Shown piece by piece: positions 26,610 to 32,835 of a DNA stretch of 64,000 nt (position 1 is the stretch's first letter; each line of letters starts with the position of its first letter). The stretch covers positions 25,875-89,874 of the forward strand of contig JAJYJS010000006.1 in the NCBI GenBank assembly GCA_021789215.1. Direction: 5' to 3'. A model generated the notes under the pieces. It was not told where the DNA came from, did no database searches, and saw only the letters and a program-made list of their open reading frames with translations. Source of the stretch: Nitrospirota bacterium. Lineage in GTDB: Bacteria > Nitrospirota > Thermodesulfovibrionia > Thermodesulfovibrionales > JdFR-88. The translations under genes were made by a program, and so were the position numbers.

Positions 26610-27539
26610 ATGCCTGAAACGAAATCGCTTCACGTGGACGCAATACTTTCAGAGATGTCCGTAAAGTACAGGAACGAGGCTATGATATGGCCGCTCCTCA
26701 TGCCAGTTGTGAAGGTGCAGAAGCGCTCTGACAAGTTCTTCGTCTATCAGAAGGAGGACAGCTACCGCCTGGCCGATGACGCCGTTGCGCCAAAGGGCCT
26801 GCCCAACGAGATAACATGGGGGGTGCTGGAGGACAACTACTCGGTGGTCGACCACGCCCTTGGCGACTGGCTCCCGCAGGAGGTGATAGACAACGCCGAC
26901 GGCCCCATCCAGCCCGAGGCCGACACGGTGGACTTCCTTAACATGCTCCTGGACGTGAGGCAGGAAAAGAGGGTGGCCGATATCGTCTTTTCCCAGGCTA
27001 CCTACCCGGCGGGCAACCAGACCGCCCTCTCCGGCACCGCCCAGTGGGGCGGCACGACGGACGACCCCGTGGGCGACGTTATGAACGCCGTCGAGGGGTG
27101 TTTCATAAGGGCCAACACGCTGGTGTTCGGGGCCGAGGCGTGGGCCGCGTTCAGGAAGCTTCCGGAGGTGCTTGAGGCCGTCAAGTCCGTGAACACGGGC
27201 GCAAACGGGTTCGCCACGGCCGGCGAGGTCGCCGCCCTCTTCGAGGTGGAGCACGTGCTTGTTGGGAGGGCGCGCTACATCACATCCAAAGAGGGGCAGC
27301 CGTCCGCTTACACAAGGCTCTGGGGCAAACATTGCGCCGCGCTCTACACGGCCAGTAACCCCGGCCTGAGGAGCATCACCTTCGGGCTCACCTTCTCCGA
27401 GATGGCGCGCGAGGTCCAGAGGGACTTCGACCCCAAGCGCGGCGTGAAGGGCGCTCACTATATAAAGGCCGCCTGGAACTCCGACGAAAAGGCCGTCGCG
27501 CCGGAGCTGGGCTGCCTGATAAGAAACGCCGTGGCGTAA
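26610..27539 (+). CDS. Major capsid protein (HK97-fold, gpE-like family)
   Basis: The start is trimmed to MPETKSLHVDAIL... with AAAGGAGG upstream. 309 aa. The position after scaffold and decoration fits, and it is followed by a strong stem-loop. Confidence 0.8.
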   Translation: MPETKSLHVDAILSEMSVKYRNEAMIWPLLMPVVKVQKRSDKFFVYQKEDSYRLADDAVAPKGLPNEITWGVLEDNYSVVDHALGDWLPQEVIDNADGPIQPEADTVDFLNMLLDVRQEKRVADIVFSQATYPAGNQTALSGTAQWGGTTDDPVGDVMNAVEGCFIRANTLVFGAEAWAAFRKLPEVLEAVKSVNTGANGFATAGEVAALFEVEHVLVGRARYITSKEGQPSAYTRLWGKHCAALYTASNPGLRSITFGLTFSEMAREVQRDFDPKRGVKGAHYIKAAWNSDEKAVAPELGCLIRNAVA

Positions 27540-27559
27540 AAAAACAAAAAAACTTCCGG

Positions 27560-27588
27560 GCGGGGCGGTTTTTTAATCGCCGCCCCGC
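27560..27588. other. GC-rich stem-loop downstream of the capsid gene
   Basis: GCGGGGCGG-N11-CCGCCCCGC. On the plus strand it is flanked by A-runs, and the T-tract is on the minus strand. Confidence 0.6.
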
Positions 27589-27628
27589 ACTCTCAAAAAA
27601 AACTCAAAAAGGGGAAAAAAGAAAAAAG

Positions 27629-28036
27629 ATGGCATACTGCACGCACTCCGATATCGCAAAGACAGCCCCGGAGGAAGACCTCATCGCCCTCACCGACGAC
27701 GAGAAACTGGGTGTGGCAAACGAGGAGCGCATCACCGGCGCAATCGAAAGGGCGGATTCGCTGATAGACGCCTACTGCAGGCAGGCCTATGGCGTGCCGT
27801 TTACGCCCGTGCCCGAGCTGATAAAATCCCTCTCGGCCGACATCGCCCTTTACAACCTATACACAAGAAAGGTGGACGCGGTGCCCGAGGCGCGCTCCCA
27901 AAGGTACAGGGACGCCCTCTCCGTCCTCGATGCAATCGCAAAGGGCACCATGCCGCTTCCCCTGGCCGGAAACGGCGGCCCGGAAAGCAGCGCCGCGGAA
28001 AAGGTCTTCACGGACGAGGGCCTCGGAGGGTACTGA
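27629..28036 (+). CDS. Head-tail connector protein, Mu gp36-like (DUF1320)
   Basis: MAYCTHSDIAK...LIALTDDE...RADSLIDAYCRQAYGVPFTPVPELIKSLSADIALYNLY parallels the FluMu gp36 pattern. Confidence 0.75.
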   Translation: MAYCTHSDIAKTAPEEDLIALTDDEKLGVANEERITGAIERADSLIDAYCRQAYGVPFTPVPELIKSLSADIALYNLYTRKVDAVPEARSQRYRDALSVLDAIAKGTMPLPLAGNGGPESSAAEKVFTDEGLGGY

Positions 28037-28362
28037 TGCTTACGATAATCGAGGGGGACCGGGTGCTGCTTGAGTACCAGCTCCTTAAAGACAGGAAGCC
28101 CGTAAACATCAAAGGATGCACCTTCATGCTCCGGGTTAAGCGGAGGCCGGAGGCGCGGGCAAAGGCGCTCCTGCCGCCGGTCAGGGGCTCAATCAGAAAC
28201 GCGAGGGCGGGGAGGTTCGCGTTCCTCCTGGAAGGGGCGGCCCCCGCAAGCGGGTTCATGGAGATAACGATGGAAAGGCCCGGCAGAAAGATAAGGCTCA
28301 CCCCGCCGGGGGGCGTTGAGATAAAAATAACCGGAAAAGAGGGGCAAGGGAGAGGGGAATGA
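28036..28362 (+). CDS. Hypothetical head-tail joining protein
   Basis: 108 aa. The start overlaps the previous stop (TGATG), and there is an ATGA overlap with the next gene. Confidence 0.4.
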   Translation: MLTIIEGDRVLLEYQLLKDRKPVNIKGCTFMLRVKRRPEARAKALLPPVRGSIRNARAGRFAFLLEGAAPASGFMEITMERPGRKIRLTPPGGVEIKITGKEGQGRGE

Positions 28363-28787
28363 AATTCGGGGACATGGAGGAAAAAATCCTCGCGGCGCTT
28401 GAGGGCGGCCTGCCGTATCTGAAAACCGTCGGCACATACGCGGGGCAGTTCGAGGCGGACGTAAAGACGATGCCCGCACCGTTTCCCGCGGCATATGTGG
28501 TCTACAGGGGCTCCTCTTTCGAGCCGGTGGACTCGGCAAACCATATGGAGACGGCGGACTTCACGGTGCTTGCGGCCGCAAGAGGTTTTTCAGGGGGGGA
28601 AGACCTCAGAAAATCGGGATACGGCATCTACCGGATGACGGACGACATCATCCTCACGCTCACCAACCAGAGGTTCGGCCTGGATATCGCGCCGGTAAGG
28701 CCGCTCAGGCTCTCGCTGGTCTTCGCCTCGAAGACCGTTGCCGTTTACGCGGTGGACTTCCGCACAAGCTTCGACAGGACATTTTAA
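28359..28787 (+). CDS. Mu gp37-like protein (DUF1834), head-tail joining / tail completion
   Basis: 142 aa. LPYLKTVGTYAGQFE...PAAYVVYRGSSF...FTVLAAAR fits the gp37 family as recalled. Its position after gp36-like also fits. Confidence 0.6.
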   Translation: MKFGDMEEKILAALEGGLPYLKTVGTYAGQFEADVKTMPAPFPAAYVVYRGSSFEPVDSANHMETADFTVLAAARGFSGGEDLRKSGYGIYRMTDDIILTLTNQRFGLDIAPVRPLRLSLVFASKTVAVYAVDFRTSFDRTF

Positions 28788-28807
28788 TCAGGAGGTGAAA
28801 TAAAAAC

Positions 28808-29851
28808 ATGGGCGCAACAGGCACCGAATCAAGGGCGGCATTCCGCAGGGCGGCCTCGTGGGGCACGCCATCGGCAGCGGGCGCGAATGACGGACTGCTG
28901 GTCCTGCCGCACACGCTGAAGAAGGAAAGGCCCGTCCTGCCGGACGACTCCCTCGGCATCTGTTTTCAGACCGATGCGGCGGACGGCGGCATCAAGGTCG
29001 AGGGGGACATCCCGGCATATCTCAGGTACGACTCCCTGGACCTTCTGCTTGCGCTTGCGATGGGGCAGACGGCGGGCACTCCGGTACAGCAGGGCGCAGC
29101 GGAGGCGTATCTCCAGAGCCTCAAACTGAAGGAGAACACGGACGGGCTTTTCGGCACGTTTTGCGTCAGCAACGGCGTGAACATAGACGAATACGGCTCC
29201 GTGAAGATAACAGGGTTCACGATAAAGGGAGAGGCGGGGAAACCGGTCGAGATAAGCTTCCACTCGGTCGCAAACGACAGGACAACAAATTCGGCCCTCA
29301 ACACAACGGCCTCGTTCGCGGCAGTAAGCCTCTTCGAAAAGGCCAACCGGGTGCTATTCAGCCAGGGCGTCTTCCGGCTGAACCCGCAGGCGGACGCGGC
29401 GCTCGCGGACCCGGACAAAATCTACCCCTCCGCATTCGAGCTTTCCTTCAAGAGAAAAATGAAAGGGATATACGGCGCGGGCGCGCAGGCGGACAGGGTA
29501 GACGAGCCCTCCAACGACGGCCAGCCGGACATAAGGCTAAAGCTAACGTTCCCCAGGTATACCCAGGCGGCAAAGGGGTATTTCGAGGACTGGGACACGC
29601 AGAGGAACAAAAAAATGGACGCCGTCTTCACGGGCGCGCAGATAGCGGCCCCGTACAACAGGTTTATGAGGCTCCAGCTTCCGAACCTCAAGTTCTCGCA
29701 GGTGGAGCTGCCAATGGAAAGGGGCATCCTGAAAAGTCCGGTGGAGTTTGTCTGCCTCGGGTGCGATACAGCACCCGCGGGCATGGCGGGCATAACGATG
29801 CCCTTCCAGATAGACCTCATGAACCGCCAGGGCACGGACGTGCTGGGGTAA
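28808..29851 (+). CDS. Major tail (tube) protein, non-contractile type
   Basis: 347 aa with AGGAGG upstream. It is the first large ORF after the connectors and directly precedes the frameshifting chaperone pair. There is no separate sheath plus tube pair. Confidence 0.55.
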   Translation: MGATGTESRAAFRRAASWGTPSAAGANDGLLVLPHTLKKERPVLPDDSLGICFQTDAADGGIKVEGDIPAYLRYDSLDLLLALAMGQTAGTPVQQGAAEAYLQSLKLKENTDGLFGTFCVSNGVNIDEYGSVKITGFTIKGEAGKPVEISFHSVANDRTTNSALNTTASFAAVSLFEKANRVLFSQGVFRLNPQADAALADPDKIYPSAFELSFKRKMKGIYGAGAQADRVDEPSNDGQPDIRLKLTFPRYTQAAKGYFEDWDTQRNKKMDAVFTGAQIAAPYNRFMRLQLPNLKFSQVELPMERGILKSPVEFVCLGCDTAPAGMAGITMPFQIDLMNRQGTDVLG

Positions 29852-29956
29852 AGGTGTGGACAGGGGGCTGCGCCTCCAATCCCCCTCGTTTAACGGCGGA
29901 AAGGCGGTACGAAAAATCCAAAAAGACAGGGCGCAGCAAGCGGCGCCCCTACGGAA

Positions 29957-29992
29957 CCCCTCGCCCTTAAAGGCCGGGGGTGAGGGAATGAC
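29957..29992. repeat. GC-rich palindromic repeat ending GGAATGAC inside the tube-chaperone gap
   Basis: CCCCTCGCCC-TTAAAGGCC-GGGGGTGAGGG-AATGAC. The 175-nt non-coding gap is unusual in an otherwise overlapping gene array. Confidence 0.6.
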
Positions 29993-30026
29993 AGGGCCAA
30001 GGCAATAAAAAGGAGGTCTTTCTTTA

Positions 30027-30404
30027 ATGGAGATAGGAGGGTTGCAGCGCGGCGATTTCGCGGTATGGATGCCCTTCGGCCAGGACGCCGAGGTGCTGAT
30101 ACGCTACGTGGACCGCGAGGAGCTTGAGGAGATAAGGAGAAAATCGGCCACAACAAGATGGGACGGCAGGGGCAGCGTGGAGCATACGCTTGACTATTTG
30201 CAGGCGGACATCCTGCTTGGACGCGCTTCAGTGCGGGGCTGGAAAGGTTTTACCGCAAACGGCGAGCCCTTTCCCTACAGCGGGGAAAACCGCGATTTCC
30301 TCATGAGAAAAAGCGTGGAGTTCGCCCGCTTCGTGAACTCCGCCTGCATGGACATGCAAAGACTTGCCGGACAGGAGCGGGCGCAGAAGAGAAAAAACTC
30401 CTGA
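30027..30404 (+). CDS. Tail assembly chaperone (lambda gpG analogue)
   Basis: 125 aa with AAGGAGG upstream. It ends 4 nt after a slippery heptamer, and a second frame continues to the tape-measure start. Confidence 0.7.
   Translation: MEIGGLQRGDFAVWMPFGQDAEVLIRYVDREELEEIRRKSATTRWDGRGSVEHTLDYLQADILLGRASVRGWKGFTANGEPFPYSGENRDFLMRKSVEFARFVNSACMDMQRLAGQERAQKRKNS
30392..30398 (+). promoter_or_regulatory. Programmed -1 ribosomal frameshift slippery heptamer A_AAA_AAC
   Basis: The zero frame reads AGA AAA AAC TCC TGA. The -1 frame from 30392 is open (KKLLSHIRARLDYPGVACANC...) through to the stop at 30704-30706. Confidence 0.7.
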
Positions 30405-30706
30405 GCCACATCAGGGCGAGGCTCGATTACCCTGGTGTGGCGTGCGCGAACTGCATGGACATGGAGGAAAAGGACGGGGCTGTGCCCCCGTGCAGGGGCG
30501 AAGGAGGCTGCCCGGTGCCTGCCGTCTCACCCGGCGAGGAGCGCATCCTCCAGATGAGGTCCACGCTTATAAGGCTGAAGGGGCTTGCGTGCGCCGGGGC
30601 CATACTGGGCGCATACGGGGCGGCAAGGGAGGATTTGGAATTCCTGGCATTTATCGAATCGGAGCTGAGAGAGATGAAAAAGGAGGACAAACAGCAAAAT
30701 GGCTGA
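30392..30706 (+). CDS. T-extension of the chaperone (gpGT analogue), reached only by -1 frameshift
   Basis: The -1 frame has no stop between 30392 and 30706. Its end overlaps the start of the tape-measure-position gene by 8 nt. It contains CX2C-X12-C-X5-C. Confidence 0.6.
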   Translation, partial: KKLLSHIRARLDYPGVACANCMDMEEKDGAVPPCRGEGGCPVPAVSPGEERILQMRSTLIRLKGLACAGAILGAYGAAREDLEFLAFIESELREMKKEDKQQNG

Positions 30707-31250
30707 AATAAAGCTCACCATAGAGGCCGAGGACAGGGCGTCGGACGTCTTTATGGCGGTAGCGGGCGCGGTGGACAACATAGGCTCCGCCGTCTCCGAC
30801 GCCGCCCTGAGGACTGGTTCTCTGGGAGACGCGCTCGACGCACTGCCGCTCTCGAAAACCCTTTACCTGGACGTCTCGGAGGCGGTGCAGGCGGCAAGCG
30901 CGGTCTCCGCCGCGCTGGAGTCCATCCCGGACATCTCCTACAAGGACGTAATCCTCAGGTACTTCACGCAGGCCTCCCCGGTGATGCCGTTTTCGGAGGG
31001 AATGGAGATGATCGGCCTCAAGATGAAATCGCTTCCGGTGGAGACAACCCACACGGTAAGGTTTTTTACCGGCCTTGACGGCGGCGCACAGCCAACGGTA
31101 AAAGGCGGCGGCAATATCAGCATCGGCCCGTTTTACTTTAACGGCAAAAATCCGCCTGAAGCCTTGCAGATAGAGGCCCAGATCGCGGACTCGATAAAAT
31201 CGGGGCGGAGCCCGATCGTGGCGGCCTTGGCGAAAGCGGGAATAAAATGA
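30699..31250 (+). CDS. Tape-measure-position protein, unusually short (183 aa)
   Basis: It lies immediately after the G/GT pair and has an Ala-rich helical N-terminal half (AVAGAVDNIGSAVSDAALRTGSLGDALDAL...AVQAASAVSAALESI). Confidence 0.5.
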   Translation: MAEIKLTIEAEDRASDVFMAVAGAVDNIGSAVSDAALRTGSLGDALDALPLSKTLYLDVSEAVQAASAVSAALESIPDISYKDVILRYFTQASPVMPFSEGMEMIGLKMKSLPVETTHTVRFFTGLDGGAQPTVKGGGNISIGPFYFNGKNPPEALQIEAQIADSIKSGRSPIVAALAKAGIK

Positions 31251-31268
31251 AGAGGATTTTTTTCACGG

Positions 31269-31295
31269 GTCATACCGGCGAAGGCCGGTATCCAG
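31269..31295. repeat. Palindromic repeat, hairpin type (GTCATACCGGC-GAAG-GCCGGTATCCAG)
   Basis: The same hairpin occurs at 20327 and 46958. It translates to the pseudo-peptide VIPAKAGIQ and generates the spurious ORF 31247..31441. Confidence 0.85.
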
Positions 31296-31368
31296 TGATG
31301 TTGAGGCATGCCGGAATGACCGGAAAAATTATACTCAGGGGCGCTGCTTGCTGCGCCCGGTCTTTGCA

Positions 31369-31442
31369 GTCATTGCGAGGAGCGGAGCGACAAAGCAATC
31401 TGAAGGCCTGGGGCCGGATTGCTTCGCTTTGCTCGCAATGAC
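31369..31442. repeat. Palindromic repeat, long type (GTCATTGCGAGG...GCAATC // GATTGC...CTCGCAATGAC)
   Basis: 74-bp inverted-repeat element. A related copy lies at 49879..49963. Confidence 0.85.
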
Positions 31443-31458
31443 GGGGAGAAAAACACAT

Positions 31459-32835
31459 ATGAAATCCTGCTATCAAAACATTTTGGAGACCTCGGCCGTC
31501 ACGCTTTCCTCCGGGGCGGCGGACCTCTCGTACCCGCTCTACAGGCTCTGGGACAGGGACATAGGGCGGCCCTTCAAGGCGGCGGACACGGGCACCCTTG
31601 AGATAAAAATAGACCAGGGCGCGGCCCCGCTTGCCATAGACAGGCTCATTATTCCGGCGGGGCACAACCTCTCCGGCGCAAGGCTCAAGGTGAGCGGCTC
31701 CGACGACGATATAACGTACAGGACCCTGCTTGACGCCTCTCTGCCGGACAACTCTCTTATAAACAGGGAACTTGCCGCAGCGGACGATTTCAACAACAGC
31801 TCGCTGGATGCAAACCTGTGGGGCCTGCTCCTGGGGGGCGGCGCAGGGGCCGTGGCGAGCGAGACCACATCACTTGATTTAAAGACGGCCCAGGCGGCCG
31901 AATACTCCGCCATATGCCTTAAGACCGCATTCGCCAGGGCGGCGGGCCAGTCCCCGCAGACAATAACAAATACGCTTGGCGTGGGAGCCAACGCGCTGTA
32001 TTCGCTTAGCCTCGTGCGCTCCGCCGCCCTGCCCTCAGCCGCCTTCGACAGCTGGGCGCAAAGGGTGGTGCTCACACGGGTAACCTCGGCCGGAAACCTC
32101 CAGTTCGTGTACTACGGCGCAAACGGGACGACATATTACTTCAACGGCGCAAGCGGCCAATGGGGCACCCCCATGAACGATGCTTACACGGCAGCCCTTA
32201 ACAGGCGGCTGCGAATCCGCCTTGAAAACAGCGGCTCCGCGTGGAGGCTCACTCTCCGCGACAACTCCAATGCGGACGCCCTCCTCAGGCAGACCCCGTG
32301 GGTGGGCTGGGCGGACACTTACGCGGACGGCACACCGGAGTGGCTCATAGCCGGCGACCCTTCGAACTCATTCAACTTTGGCGAGATGAACGTTTATCTT
32401 TTCGACACGGGGCTTTCCGCGCCCGCGACAAAAAGATACATGAAGGTTGCCGTGACGGCCTCCCCTGCCACCCCGCAGATGCCGGAGCTTTTTTTAAGCC
32501 CCACCTATATCTGGGAAAAACTCCCCGCGCGTCCGGCAGGGCCGCTTGAGGACGTCTTTAACGTGGAGGCCCAGACGGCCACGAGCGGGCGCGACCACTT
32601 CCTCGTCCACGGCAGCCCCAAGCGGCAGCGGGTCTACCATGTGACAAACGCCGGTTCCGCGCAGTACGCAAGCATAAAGGCGCTCTGGGGCGCGTGGGGC
32701 GGAGCAAAACCCTTCTGGCTCTGCGACCATGAGGGAGACTGGATTTTCGGGAAGCTCTCCCGCCCCCTAAACCTGAAGGAAGAAGGAAGCAACAAATACA
32801 GCTTCGATTTTGAATTTCTGGAGGTCCTGCCATGA
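31459..32835 (+). CDS. Distal tail / baseplate-type protein (458 aa)
   Basis: The start is trimmed to MKSCYQNILE, because the track start at 31348 reads through the repeat element. It follows the tape-measure-position gene and has an ATGA overlap with the next gene. Confidence 0.5.
   Translation: MKSCYQNILETSAVTLSSGAADLSYPLYRLWDRDIGRPFKAADTGTLEIKIDQGAAPLAIDRLIIPAGHNLSGARLKVSGSDDDITYRTLLDASLPDNSLINRELAAADDFNNSSLDANLWGLLLGGGAGAVASETTSLDLKTAQAAEYSAICLKTAFARAAGQSPQTITNTLGVGANALYSLSLVRSAALPSAAFDSWAQRVVLTRVTSAGNLQFVYYGANGTTYYFNGASGQWGTPMNDAYTAALNRRLRIRLENSGSAWRLTLRDNSNADALLRQTPWVGWADTYADGTPEWLIAGDPSNSFNFGEMNVYLFDTGLSAPATKRYMKVAVTASPATPQMPELFLSPTYIWEKLPARPAGPLEDVFNVEAQTATSGRDHFLVHGSPKRQRVYHVTNAGSAQYASIKALWGAWGGAKPFWLCDHEGDWIFGKLSRPLNLKEEGSNKYSFDFEFLEVLP

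Noticed and set aside
28808-29851. The 347-aa tail protein as a contractile sheath (myovirus-type tail).
   Set aside because: No separate tube gene lies between it and the frameshifting chaperone pair. The gene order tube then G/GT then tape measure fits a non-contractile tail.
31247-31441. A 64-aa ORF, together with the first 37 codons of track ORF 31348..32835.
   Set aside because: Both are translations of the palindromic repeat elements (VIPAKAGIQ-type and SLRGAERQSNL-type pseudo-peptides). The real distal tail gene starts at ATG 31459.
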